The position numbers and the translations under genes are program-made. From contig JACOXN010000008.1 of assembly GCA_016176295.1 (NCBI GenBank), positions 4,638 through 68,637 on the forward strand: DNA of 64,000 nt, given 5' to 3'. Shown piece after piece: positions 24,543 to 33,540 of this stretch. Source of the stretch: Candidatus Giovannonibacteria bacterium. Lineage in GTDB: Bacteria > Patescibacteriota > Minisyncoccia > UBA11713 > 2-01-FULL-45-33. The stretch's first letter is position 1, and every line of letters begins with the position of its first letter. The notes under the pieces are model-generated. The model had not been told where the DNA came from, made no database searches, and saw only the letters and a program-made list of their open reading frames with translations.

Positions 24543-26060
24543 TTACGCCTGATGAACTACTTCCAAAAATACTTCCAGTATGTCACCTGCGACCAAAGTT
24601 GAAGTAGAGCTCACGAGCGCGCCGAATTCATCCGGGGAAGATACCTCATCCATGTTCGCTTTGTTGCTCTGCAGATTTTCGAATTTACCCTCGCCCACCT
24701 TGTTTTCCCTCCTCAGCACCACGAACCTGCTGCCTTTCTTTATTACTCCTTCGAAAACTCTTCCTCCCACTACTTTTTTCTTCCCGCTATCTTTGAATAT
24801 CTTGGCGATCTTGGCCCGGCCCGATATTTTTACCTCTATTTTTACGGGGAGCATTGTTTTTATCTCAGCCCTTAAAAAATCCACGGCATCATAAATAATG
24901 TCAAAAGATGCTATTTTGATGCTTATCTTCTCCGCCAATTCCCTGGCTCCCCCGCTTACGGGAGCGCGGAAAGACAAAACCAAAGGGTGAAGCGCGCTGG
25001 AGGCAAGCTTGATATCGTCTTCCGAAACCTCGCCGGCAGCCGAGCGCAAAAATTTTATCTGCAAACCGGGCATTTTCAGCTTTTCCGCTTCGTATTTCAA
25101 AGCTTCTACCGAACCCTCGGTATCGCCCTTAATTACGAGACAGATAACGGTTTCGTCCGCGGAGTGAGCCGCGTCCCCGATGGTTTTTACTTCTTTTTTT
25201 GCTTCTTCCACGAACTTTCTCTGGGCGTCCAGCGCGTCCTTTTGCGAAAAATAGGAGCGGAATCCCGAACCGATGAGCGGAAGCTTGTCGAAACCCACCA
25301 CGGCAACCGGTGAAGACGGGCCTGCGAATTCAACCGGAGAACCTTTGTAATCTTCCATTATTCTTGTTTTTGCGAGCGCATGGCCGGCGAGCACGTATTC
25401 GCTTTTCTTCAATGTACCAGCGCGCACCAAAAGCGTCGCCGCTATCCCCCGCTTTGAGTCCAAATGCGATTCTATTACTACGCCCTCTGCGAAACCGGAA
25501 GGACGGGCTTTCAACTCTTCAAGATCCGAAAGCAAAAGCAATGTTTCCAATAGCTGGTCGATGCCCGTTCCCGCTTTGGCCGAAACCGGAACCCAGGGCA
25601 CGTTGCCGCCGCGCCCTTCAAGATAAATATTCTGCTCCCCCAATTCCCGGGCCACGCGCTCGGGGTCAGCGGCGGGCTTATCCATTTTGTTCACCGCGAC
25701 CACGAACGGGATTCCGGCCTGATTTATCGCCGCTATCGCTTCCTTGGTCTGCGGTTTTACTCCGTCGTCCGCGGCCACCACCAATATGGCAAGGTCTGCG
25801 ACTTTCGCGCCCCTCGAACGCATCTTTGAAAAAGATTCATGGCCGGGCGTATCCAAAAAAGTTATTTTTCTCTCGCCGTGCACAACTTCATAAGCGCCGA
25901 TATGCTGCGTAATGCCGCCCGACTCTTTGGCGGTAACGTTGGATTTGCGTATAAAATCCAAAAGAGTTGTTTTCCCATGGTCAATATGCCCCATCACCAC
26001 CACAACCGGAGGCCTTGGAACTTGTTCGGTATTTGTTTGTATTTTGGTATCCTGCGGCAT
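24543..26060 (-). CDS. infB: translation initiation factor IF-2 (short form)
   Basis: 505 aa with [26 protein letters not shown], followed by IF-2 domains. Confidence 0.95.
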   Translation of the reverse strand: MPQDTKIQTNTEQVPRPPVVVVMGHIDHGKTTLLDFIRKSNVTAKESGGITQHIGAYEVVHGERKITFLDTPGHESFSKMRSRGAKVADLAILVVAADDGVKPQTKEAIAAINQAGIPFVVAVNKMDKPAADPERVARELGEQNIYLEGRGGNVPWVPVSAKAGTGIDQLLETLLLLSDLEELKARPSGFAEGVVIESHLDSKRGIAATLLVRAGTLKKSEYVLAGHALAKTRIMEDYKGSPVEFAGPSSPVAVVGFDKLPLIGSGFRSYFSQKDALDAQRKFVEEAKKEVKTIGDAAHSADETVICLVIKGDTEGSVEALKYEAEKLKMPGLQIKFLRSAAGEVSEDDIKLASSALHPLVLSFRAPVSGGARELAEKISIKIASFDIIYDAVDFLRAEIKTMLPVKIEVKISGRAKIAKIFKDSGKKKVVGGRVFEGVIKKGSRFVVLRRENKVGEGKFENLQSNKANMDEVSSPDEFGALVSSTSTLVAGDILEVFLEVVHQA

Positions 26061-26134
26061 AAAAATTGCTAAAAAATCCTAAGATTTCGGATATATTAGA
26101 AGCTGCTTCGAATTTAGGATTTTGAATTTAGTGT

Positions 26135-26608
26135 TTACTTGACTGCTTCTTCTATAGCCTTTTCTTCCTCTTCGGTCAACTGATATTTTGAGCGGCCGCC
26201 GTCTATGGGCTTCGCAAACATCCTGTTTATGGAACGTCCGTAAAGCGAAGAAACCACGATGCCGTTCTTTTGTTTGTTTAGAAGCGCCAAAGCGAAGCTC
26301 TGATCTCCGCCCGAATCCGAGAAAGGGTTGTGTCTCACCAATCCCACGCGGCTTAGGTCTTTCACAGCCCCTTCTTCAAGAGATTTTATGCGGTCTTTGG
26401 CTATGGTCACTTCCTGGAGGTGAAGGTCTTGGTTGTTCCTAAGGTCCCGCAGCACCGCCTCGATGCTCGCCTGCTCCCCGCGGAAAATATTCTTTATACG
26501 TTTTCTTAACATAAAAACCGCCGCAGCAAGAGCGATGTTCACCGCAAGCAGCGCTATAAAAAAATAAAAGCCGTAGGCGGCGAATGTTGAGTTAAATGAA
26601 GCGAACAT
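26135..26608 (-). CDS. DUF4446-like membrane-anchored protein
   Basis: 157 aa with an N-terminal TM. VGLVRHNPFSDSGGDQSFALALLNKQKNGIVVSSLYGR matches my recollection of DUF4446. Confidence 0.6.
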   Translation of the reverse strand: MFASFNSTFAAYGFYFFIALLAVNIALAAAVFMLRKRIKNIFRGEQASIEAVLRDLRNNQDLHLQEVTIAKDRIKSLEEGAVKDLSRVGLVRHNPFSDSGGDQSFALALLNKQKNGIVVSSLYGRSINRMFAKPIDGGRSKYQLTEEEEKAIEEAVK

Positions 26609-26727
26609 GCCTAAAGTTTAGCATATTCATGCCATTTTCACCAATAAACATTATTCTCTAAATTGGAAACCCTTTTGGGGATCGGCCCAGCGGGCTGAAA
26701 AACAAAAAATTTAAGGAGGATCGGGTA

Positions 26728-27942
26728 ATGAGTAAAATTTTTGGCGCCTTATTTCTGGCATGTTTCTTTGCCGGCGTGGCATCATTCGCCGAGGGGCAGG
26801 TCGTAAACGGCAGTTTTGAATCGGCGGGTTCCGGAAGCCTGGCCTCGGGATGGCAAGTCCTGGGAAACAGCTACACACGAGTGAACTCCCCGAATGTTTG
26901 GGACCAGCTATGGATGATACGCGTAAACAGCGGAGCGGGAGCGGTACAAAAAGTAACGCTCAACCAGACAACGGCTCTCCCCGTGAGCATTACAGTAGCA
27001 GTGAAAGGGCAAAATATTGCTGACGACCCCGGCGACAAGATGGGCGCGAGTCTCGACTGCAAAATAGCTTACAGGGACGGCAGTTTCGCCTGGTGCCCCA
27101 TAACGCTCAAAACCAAGAGCGTGGGCACCTTCGACTGGAAGTGGGTCGGATATAACTCGAAAAATCTTTCGAGCTCCACCCAGCCTATAGACTGGATAGA
27201 GGTAAGGCTCCGGATGGGAAACGTTGCCGGGCAGGCCTGGTTCGATGACGTACACGTAGAACAATGGAACCCGACACAGAACGGGCTGGTGACGCTCATG
27301 TTCGACGATTCTCTTCTTACGACCTACATGAAAGCTTTCCCGCTCTTGAGTTCGCACGGATTTGCGGGCACTTCGGCGGCGGTATCTTCTTACATAGATT
27401 CGGATAGCGACCACATGACCTTATCGCAGCTTCGGGAACTGGAAGCCGCCGGCTGGAGCGTAGTTTCGCACACCGTAACCCACGCTGATCTGACAGCAGT
27501 CGATGTCACGCACTTAAACGACGAACTTTATTTCAGCCATAAATATCTGGTGGACAACGGTTTTACCGTAAAGCATCTGGCTCTGCCTTTCGGAGCGTAC
27601 AACGCCCTGGTTTTCGGAAGAGCGCAGGAAGAGCGTTACGCCGGACTGGACTATGAGTCGGTAAGGACTTCGGACCGCGGCTTTAATCCGCAAGGAGTTT
27701 TTCCGTACAATATCCGCGTGCAGGGAGTAATTTCCAGCACCACGCTCGCAGAATTTAAATCCTGGCTCAACACCGCGAAAGCGACAAAATCATGGCTGGT
27801 TCTCATCTTGCACGAAATCGACAGGCCAAATGATATTTATACCGTGACCTCCGGCATGTTGAGCGACATGGCGCAAGCTATAGCCGATTCCGGCCTGCCC
27901 GTTGTCACCTATGACGACGGATTCCATGCAATGACCCAGTAG
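26728..27942 (+). CDS. secreted polysaccharide deacetylase (NodB/CE4) with an N-terminal carbohydrate-binding-like domain
   Basis: 404 aa with a signal peptide and a CBM4/9-like VVNGSFES..GW. The NodB motifs are TLMFDDS and SHTVTHADL. Confidence 0.75.
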   Translation: MSKIFGALFLACFFAGVASFAEGQVVNGSFESAGSGSLASGWQVLGNSYTRVNSPNVWDQLWMIRVNSGAGAVQKVTLNQTTALPVSITVAVKGQNIADDPGDKMGASLDCKIAYRDGSFAWCPITLKTKSVGTFDWKWVGYNSKNLSSSTQPIDWIEVRLRMGNVAGQAWFDDVHVEQWNPTQNGLVTLMFDDSLLTTYMKAFPLLSSHGFAGTSAAVSSYIDSDSDHMTLSQLRELEAAGWSVVSHTVTHADLTAVDVTHLNDELYFSHKYLVDNGFTVKHLALPFGAYNALVFGRAQEERYAGLDYESVRTSDRGFNPQGVFPYNIRVQGVISSTTLAEFKSWLNTAKATKSWLVLILHEIDRPNDIYTVTSGMLSDMAQAIADSGLPVVTYDDGFHAMTQ

Positions 27943-27983
27943 TTTGTTCCTTAAAACAGTTCTTTCCGAGTATTTTAGCAATT

Positions 27984-28013
27984 ATAGCCGCTCATCACAG
28001 CGGCTATTTTTTT
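27984..28013. terminator. bidirectional terminator hairpin between convergent genes
   Basis: ATAGCCGCT-CATCAC-AGCGGCTAT followed by TTTTTTT. It overlaps the stop of the minus-strand Nudix fusion gene. Confidence 0.6.
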
Positions 28014-28921
28014 AAATATAGTTCGACGGTATGCCGCGCATTGGGTTCCAAATCCAGTTCCTGGAGCGCGTACCTGGCGGGCGTCCAGATAAATTCTTCC
28101 GCTTCGTCATTCAACCTGACATTTTTAGCGGCAACTTTGACCACCTTGTCCACAAAAATGTGCTGCACCGCGCCTTCGTAGTATCCGGAGTTCTCTATCT
28201 GGTCGAAAGTGCATATATGCCTTTCTATTTTCGCGCGCAAGCCAGTTTCTTCAAGTACTTCTCTGGCGAGAGCGTCCGACAATCGCTCGCGGCGCCGGAC
28301 CTTGCCTCCCACTATGGAATATCTTCCGCCCCATTTGTGGGTTTTAACCAAAAGTATTTCTTTTTCCTGAGGGTACCCCGGATCATCGTATTCAATAATT
28401 CCACCTACGGCTACCAGTGAACCCGGCAAAATAAGTTCCTCCCATAATCGGTGTATCTTTTTTTCATCCGGATGGATTTGCGGCGAAGGAAGCTGCTGTT
28501 TCTCAAATATACATTCTGCGAGAGACTCAGCTTCCCAGACGCTGTTATTATGAAAATATCCAGGATGGTCGGCCGGCCGCTCCAGAAAAAAACAGGGTAC
28601 ATTGGAAGCCTGTGCGATACCCAGCTCGTAAGAAGCGCTTTTCCCGATGTAGCCCTCCGGATTTACGAAATAACTGAAACCATTCTCCCCTAAGCTTTTC
28701 AAATGATGCAAATACATAAGCTCCGTCATACGCGGGTCTTCCGCTTCATCGCTCTCCAAGATGGTAAAACCGTCGCGAACTTCTTTGATTTCGGAAAGTT
28801 GCGGAGCGACCACTTCTATCCCCGCTCTGCTGAAAATTCCGTGGACGCGTTTTATCTCGTCAAAGTGTTTCCGGAAACTTCCGTGCAGCACGCATTTGAA
28901 TTTTACGGCTTTGTTTTCCAT
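28004..28921 (-). CDS. fusion protein: nucleoside 2-deoxyribosyltransferase-like N-domain + Nudix hydrolase C-domain
   Basis: 305 aa. The N-terminal half has GKSASYELGIAQASNVPCFF (NDT/Rossmann-like). The C-terminal half has the Nudix box GGKVRRRERLSDALAREVLEETGL. Confidence 0.6.
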   Translation of the reverse strand: MENKAVKFKCVLHGSFRKHFDEIKRVHGIFSRAGIEVVAPQLSEIKEVRDGFTILESDEAEDPRMTELMYLHHLKSLGENGFSYFVNPEGYIGKSASYELGIAQASNVPCFFLERPADHPGYFHNNSVWEAESLAECIFEKQQLPSPQIHPDEKKIHRLWEELILPGSLVAVGGIIEYDDPGYPQEKEILLVKTHKWGGRYSIVGGKVRRRERLSDALAREVLEETGLRAKIERHICTFDQIENSGYYEGAVQHIFVDKVVKVAAKNVRLNDEAEEFIWTPARYALQELDLEPNARHTVELYLKK

Positions 28922-29407
28922 TTAATTTCTTTGCCACTCGGTTTTAATCCCTTTTCTTTGGTTCTCCGCCATTGCTAGCTCGTCATAAATACCGTCGATA
29001 AGCTGATAGGTTTTGGCCTCTGCGAGCGATACCCAGCGGAAATCGTCGGTTTCCTCCGGCTGAAGCGCCACTTCCCCGGATCCGTAGTCGGCCATACAGG
29101 AAATGACAAGCGAAGGATACCCGTCGCCGTGGACGGTGGCGAGACTGGTCACGTAAGTTATATTCTCAATATCCAAACCGACCTCTTCTTTCACTTCGCG
29201 GCGCAAAACTTTCTCGAGCACGTTGTACCAATAATCGGCCGTTTCTTTGGGCATGTTAATGTAGTCATCGGTTTCCAACTTTCCGCCGGGCACGGTCCAC
29301 ATGCCGGGAAAGCGTTTTTTGGCGGCCGAACGCCGGGTTATCAGATACTTCCCGTCTTTGACGATAATTGCGGTCACAACCACCTCATGCAAATATTTGT
29401 TTTCCAT
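28922..29407 (-). CDS. Nudix hydrolase
   Basis: Start at MENKYLHEVV (29407). Nudix box GGKLETDD..LEKVLRREVKEEVGL. The stop abuts the next gene's start. Confidence 0.8.
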   Translation of the reverse strand: MENKYLHEVVVTAIIVKDGKYLITRRSAAKKRFPGMWTVPGGKLETDDYINMPKETADYWYNVLEKVLRREVKEEVGLDIENITYVTSLATVHGDGYPSLVISCMADYGSGEVALQPEETDDFRWVSLAEAKTYQLIDGIYDELAMAENQRKGIKTEWQRN

Positions 29408-29531
29408 AATTTGATGGTACAAAAAACCCACCTGTCTTTCCAGTGTCCACAGATAACAATAAATATATATTGACAAACGATAAGCCGTCGCTTATGCTCT
29501 AACTATTACTGCAAATAACCAAAAATCACCA

Positions 29532-30029
29532 ATGAAAAAAAGCTCAACGGTATTTCTTCAGGCAGTCATTGTGCTCATCGGTATCGTGGCGCTGGCCATC
29601 ATGGTCCGGTTTCCCTTGACCGAGGGAAGAGCCGCAAACTTAGACCTGTTCAGTATTTACGCTGATCCGTTCTTGGTGTATGGATATCTAGCATCTATCG
29701 CTTTTTTTGTTGCTTTATATCAGGCGTTCAAATTACTCGGATACATCGGACAAAATAAAGTATTCTCGCTAGACTCTGTGAAAGCTTTAAGGAATATAAA
29801 ATATTGCGCAATCATATTATGCATCTTAATTGTGATAGCGGCAATATACATCAGGATATCTTGTTGCACAGTAGCTGAAGTAGATGGTGGAGACGATCCG
29901 GCTGGTTTTATTGCCATAAGTATTGTAGCTACTTTTATTTCTATCGTAATTGCAACTGCGGCCGGTGTTTTTGAAAAACTTTTGCAAAAAGCCGTGGATA
30001 TCAAGTCCGAGAACGATTTAACCGTGTAA
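29532..30029 (+). CDS. DUF2975-like membrane protein
   Basis: 165 aa with four TM helices. It is paired with a downstream YozG-like HTH gene, which is the usual arrangement for this family as I recall it. Confidence 0.6.
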   Translation: MKKSSTVFLQAVIVLIGIVALAIMVRFPLTEGRAANLDLFSIYADPFLVYGYLASIAFFVALYQAFKLLGYIGQNKVFSLDSVKALRNIKYCAIILCILIVIAAIYIRISCCTVAEVDGGDDPAGFIAISIVATFISIVIATAAGVFEKLLQKAVDIKSENDLTV

Positions 30030-30039
30030 CGAAACCAAT

Positions 30040-30243
30040 ATGGCAATCATAATTAATATCGACGTCATGTTGGCTAAAAGGAAAATGAGCGTCACTGAAC
30101 TTGCCCTAAAAGTCGGCATCACAATGGCCAATATCTCTATATTGAAAAACAGAAAGGCAAAAGCAATCCGCTTTTCAACCTTGGGAGCAATCTGCAAGGC
30201 ATTAGAATGCCAGCCCGGAGATATTTTGGAATATAAAAAGTAG
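30040..30243 (+). CDS. small XRE/YozG-like helix-turn-helix transcriptional regulator
   Basis: 67 aa. MLAKRKMSVTELALKVGITMANISILKNRKAKAIRFSTLGAICKALECQPGDILEY. The last 31 nt, including the stop, lie inside the 46-bp island repeat. Confidence 0.8.
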   Translation: MAIIINIDVMLAKRKMSVTELALKVGITMANISILKNRKAKAIRFSTLGAICKALECQPGDILEYKK

Positions 30244-30258
30244 ATGAAAACTCGATTA
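30213..30258 (+). repeat. 46-bp perfect direct repeat, left copy (island boundary)
   Basis: GCCCGGAGATATTTTGGAATATAAAAAGTAGATGAAAACTCGATTA is identical to 38227-38272. One mismatch plus 4 further matches follow. Confidence 0.97.
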
Positions 30259-30280
30259 TTCGGGCCGCACCCCGCCTCAT

Positions 30281-30700
30281 TCAAAAAATCAGTTTTTGCA
30301 GTTTCTCATTTTTACCGGGATCTGGCGCAACAAATATCCTGCGATCACTCGTGCCTCCTATATCCCTGATTATTCCTTTTCGGAATTTTATCCAATTGAT
30401 TATGCTTCCGCCCAATGGAGGTTTGTGGTGCGGAGTGATACTCCCGTCGGGCTTAAAGTAAAAGCATCTGTTTTCGCCCATAACGAGGCACGCCTGATAC
30501 CCGAACCTTTGGGGAAAATCGCCGTATGTGTCGATAAGATACTGTTCGCCTTCCGCGATAAATTCATCGGGAATAGGTATCAGCGAATAAACGCCGAAGC
30601 CGACCCTTACCACCAAATATGGAAAATCCTCTGAGTGGAGCTTGCCTTCCGGCCAGGCAAGTGTGGTGTAATCGTCTTTGAAGAGATTAATTTCAGCCAT
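30281..30700 (-). CDS. hypothetical protein (139 aa) under SAM-I riboswitch control
   Basis: ATG at 30700 directly follows the riboswitch terminator U-tract. Product is MAEINLFKDDYTTLAWPEGKLHSEDFPYLVVRVGFGVYSLIPIPDEF... with no TM and no recognisable motif. The track ORF extends to a GTG at 30778, inside the expression platform. Confidence 0.6.
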   Translation of the reverse strand: MAEINLFKDDYTTLAWPEGKLHSEDFPYLVVRVGFGVYSLIPIPDEFIAEGEQYLIDTYGDFPQRFGYQACLVMGENRCFYFKPDGSITPHHKPPLGGSIINWIKFRKGIIRDIGGTSDRRIFVAPDPGKNEKLQKLIF

Positions 30701-30732
30701 AAAAACGGAAAACTCTTTCCCGGAGGAAAGAG
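30701..30732 (-). terminator. riboswitch expression-platform terminator
   Basis: Minus strand CUCUUUCC-UCCG-GGAAAGAG followed by UUUUCCGUUUUU and then AUG. The aptamer 3' segment GGAAAGA can compete for the 5' arm as an anti-terminator. Confidence 0.75.
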
Positions 30733-30797
30733 CGTAAATTGGCCAATAATTCGACCCGCCTGCATTCGCCTTCGGCACAAGCCTTGGCGGGCAAGCC

Positions 30798-30924
30798 TTT
30801 ATCTTTCCTGGGCTCCGACGCTTCGGTCGGAGCAGGCTGGATTTAGCACCCGTTCAAGGAGCTTTCGCTCTCTCAGGGTTGCTGATGGTTCGCGGGGCCA
30901 GTGCCCTCCCCATCTCTCGATAAA
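30798..30924 (-). promoter_or_regulatory. SAM-I (S-box) riboswitch aptamer
   Basis: The minus strand reads UUUAUCGAGAGAUGGGGAGGGCACUGGCCCCGCGAACCAUCAGCAACCC..GAGC-GAAA-GCUC..CGGGUGCUAAAUCCAGCCUGCUCCGAC-CGAAGC-GUCGGAGCCCAGGAAAGAUAAA. It contains the conserved S-box strings and helices P1-P4. Confidence 0.85.
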
Positions 30925-30972
30925 CTATTCAGTTGTCAGTAATAAAACCTAGAAGTATCGGAAAAGTAACAA

Positions 30973-31191
30973 TTATTTCTTCAAAGCTATTCGTTTTCTG
31001 ATTTCTTCAACAAGTTCAGGAGAGTTTCGATGTTTTGCTACTTTCGCGGTAACAAGTAATATGTCTTCTTCAGTCAACCCACCATTCTTAAGATCCCAAA
31101 TCCATTCCGTAATTTTTTCTTCAAATACTCCTTCTGCACTCAGTTTTTCAATCCACTCCCTGTTGTCAGAAAATATTGATATTTTTTTCAT
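30973..31191 (-). CDS. hypothetical small protein (72 aa)
   Basis: MKKISIFSDNREWIEKLSAEGVFEEKITEWIWDLKNGGLTEEDILLV... It lies between vsr and the riboswitch and has no recognised family. Confidence 0.45.
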   Translation of the reverse strand: MKKISIFSDNREWIEKLSAEGVFEEKITEWIWDLKNGGLTEEDILLVTAKVAKHRNSPELVEEIRKRIALKK

Positions 31192-31225
31192 AGATACGAT
31201 TTTATGGGGTAATTATCATAAGGTA

Positions 31226-31648
31226 TCATAAATTTAGCAAAATTGAACCAACTTTCTTAATAGCATTGCTTGGATTTTTCTTTATTTCGTGCTCCCAGAT
31301 CCGCAGAACTTTCCATCCGGCTTTACGAAGTTTTATTTGGTTTTTTTTATCCCTTTTAATATTATCCTCAATTTTTTGCAGCCAATATTTTTTAGGCAAC
31401 CTGTCTTTATTTTTTGCGAATTGATACCCATGCCAAAAATCCCCGTCAATAAATACGGCAAGCTTATGTTTTGGGAAAACGATATCCGGCTTCCCTGGCA
31501 GTTTTGAACAGTGTTTAATATAACGAAATCCCTTCGGATATATTTGACTGCTTAATAACTTAAGAAATTCGATTTCAAGTTTAGTATTTTTGGCACGTAT
31601 GCGAGACATGATTTCGCTTCTTTTCTTTTTCGTGAAAACATCCATCAT
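31226..31648 (-). CDS. vsr: very short patch repair endonuclease
   Basis: 140 aa with RSEIMSRIRAKNTKLE, GKPDIVFPKHKLAVFIDGDFWHG and WKVLRIWEHE. These are Vsr hallmarks. Confidence 0.9.
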   Translation of the reverse strand: MMDVFTKKKRSEIMSRIRAKNTKLEIEFLKLLSSQIYPKGFRYIKHCSKLPGKPDIVFPKHKLAVFIDGDFWHGYQFAKNKDRLPKKYWLQKIEDNIKRDKKNQIKLRKAGWKVLRIWEHEIKKNPSNAIKKVGSILLNL

Positions 31649-31656
31649 CAGACCTA

Positions 31657-33540
31657 TTACTTCATCTGATAGTAAAAATACGTCCCTTCTGGAAATTTAA
31701 TGTTGGGGACCCACAGAGGGCGGCCGTTCCAGCCCTTCTCAGTTTCCCCATTGAGTCTATACATTATTAGGACTAATTGATTGTTATAATGGCTTGCGAG
31801 TTCTCGGTCAGGAGGAGAAAGTAAAGTACGTGTTCCTTTGCTTATGCTTCTGTTTGTTCTAATAATCAATTTGCATTGATATTTTGCATGTTTTTTAAGC
31901 GAACGAACGCAATCCGCAAACGAATGCTGATACCAAAGATCGTTTTTTTCTATGGTGACCGAATTAAGAAGTTTCTCTGCTTCAGCAAGCGGAATATCGC
32001 GTTCATCATCTGATGTTCCAAGCTCTGCATCCAATTTTTTTAACCCAGCATCTGTTGGCAGCATTGGGAAGTAGTTGACATTGCCGGCAACAACCATTAA
32101 ATCGTCCTTTAGTACGACATTGGCTCGGGTCGGCCTTGTTCCAGCTGGAGTCAAAATGCTTACAGCTTGCGGGCCTTTCTGCCTTAGAGTTTCAAACAAA
32201 GCGTTATTTGCATCGTTTAGTTCTTTGAATAACTTTATTAATGGCCGAGGACTAAAGATGCGACATAGCCCAGAATCGCGATCGTACCCAAAAATTCTTG
32301 CGTGCTGCCAATAAGTATCTGCTTGCGGTTTTTTCGAGCTTCTGCAATAATAAACGACTTGAAGGCCTGGAAAAGTAACGCCTCGCCCCAATGTGTTGCC
32401 TCCTATAACAATATTGAGTCCTTTGTCATAAACTGCTCCATCCGGCGTGTTTGAATTAAGTACTATGATGCTGATAATAGGCATATCTGATCTAAGAAAT
32501 TGCATTATTTCATCAAAACTTTTTATACTCGCTTTTGTTTTAGAAAATTCCTCCCACGCATCACGAAGATCGAATTCGAGAGTTGCGGAATTAGCTATCA
32601 AATCATTTTTTACTCCTTCAAGAAATTTTTCTATTTTAGTGCTGACTGTACTGTGTTCGCTAATCCTTGTTCCCGGATGTATCAGCATCGTACAAACAGG
32701 TTTCTCTTTAGTTAGAAAAAGATCAGAGGCAGCCACCAAAAAGTGCAACGCTGCTTTCCGAAGCCCTATCGGTACGTGTTCCGCTTTTAAGAGATCGTCT
32801 CGTTCATTATCTTCGGTTTCGATAGCACATTTCGACTCATCTCCATAAAAGAAATCTCCCCCCAGATAACCTTTTCCTGGAGGAAGATAAAATGAATACT
32901 CTGGCTTCCAAAGGGATTGCGATACCTGTAACACAAGCGATTGAGGCGTTGCTGTTACATGAAGGTAAATGCTAGATGGCGCTTGCGAGTTAATCTTTTC
33001 AAGAAGCCTATTTATTGCGCTTTGATCTTTTTGATTGATTTTTGTATTTAAACTTGAGGCATCCGCCTCATCATCAAGAATAAATAATGGCTCATCCTTA
33101 TATATCGGATTGCTGTCGATATTGTTTGACCACGTCTTGAGAACGCTGGCATTCTTTTTCAAAACAAGCATAGTAGGCATCTGCAATCCTCGGGTTAAAA
33201 AAGCTTGTTCATCCATTTCTCCCAGAACATTGAACCCTGCAATAAATCCTCCAAGAGCTGCCTTAGCCCGTTCAAGCGTTTGTTTGTGCAGAATCACATT
33301 ATCAGTAGTGACCAGAATAAAGAATTTGAATCCTTTGTCAGCTGCAGCTGAAGCAATAGCTAGCATTTGCCCAGTTTTACCGCTTTGGACGTGCCCATAA
33401 AGCAATCCGGACGCATGGCTGTTAAAATCAAAAGTATCGACATGCTTTTTTGTAAACTCATCTGCACTCCTCCTTAAAGAAACCTCCAATGCCGGAGATT
33501 GCGTTGCAACGCGCTTAAGATAATTTTCTAAATAGGTCAT
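31657..33540 (-). CDS. SF2 helicase-like ATPase with Z1 domain (N-protein of a CglI/NgoAVII-type restriction system)
   Basis: 627 aa with Walker A GHVQSGKTG, Walker B FILDDEADASS and VTATPQSL. The Z1-like segment is IGGNTLGRGVTFPGLQVVYYCRSSKKPQADTYWQHARIFGYDR. Its start overlaps the nuclease stop (ATGA). Confidence 0.75.
   Translation of the reverse strand: MTYLENYLKRVATQSPALEVSLRRSADEFTKKHVDTFDFNSHASGLLYGHVQSGKTGQMLAIASAAADKGFKFFILVTTDNVILHKQTLERAKAALGGFIAGFNVLGEMDEQAFLTRGLQMPTMLVLKKNASVLKTWSNNIDSNPIYKDEPLFILDDEADASSLNTKINQKDQSAINRLLEKINSQAPSSIYLHVTATPQSLVLQVSQSLWKPEYSFYLPPGKGYLGGDFFYGDESKCAIETEDNERDDLLKAEHVPIGLRKAALHFLVAASDLFLTKEKPVCTMLIHPGTRISEHSTVSTKIEKFLEGVKNDLIANSATLEFDLRDAWEEFSKTKASIKSFDEIMQFLRSDMPIISIIVLNSNTPDGAVYDKGLNIVIGGNTLGRGVTFPGLQVVYYCRSSKKPQADTYWQHARIFGYDRDSGLCRIFSPRPLIKLFKELNDANNALFETLRQKGPQAVSILTPAGTRPTRANVVLKDDLMVVAGNVNYFPMLPTDAGLKKLDAELGTSDDERDIPLAEAEKLLNSVTIEKNDLWYQHSFADCVRSLKKHAKYQCKLIIRTNRSISKGTRTLLSPPDRELASHYNNQLVLIMYRLNGETEKGWNGRPLWVPNIKFPEGTYFYYQMK

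Noticed and set aside
24038-24607. 189-aa plus-strand ORF spanning tRNA-Leu, tRNA-Cys and rbfA
   Set aside because: It overlaps two well-formed tRNA genes and the antisense strand of rbfA, so it is not credible as coding.
30018-30284. 88-aa minus ORF, and the 76-aa minus ORF at 38098..38328, which share the peptide NRVFIYFLYSKISPG
   Set aside because: The shared peptide is just the antisense translation of the 46-bp island direct repeat. One ORF lies antisense to the HTH gene. They are not paralogous genes.
30701-30778. Longer version of the riboswitch-controlled ORF, starting at GTG 30778 (165 aa in the track)
   Set aside because: The extra 26 codons run through the anti-terminator and terminator hairpins of the expression platform. 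ATG 30700, right after the U-tract, is the more plausible start. This is not fully excluded.
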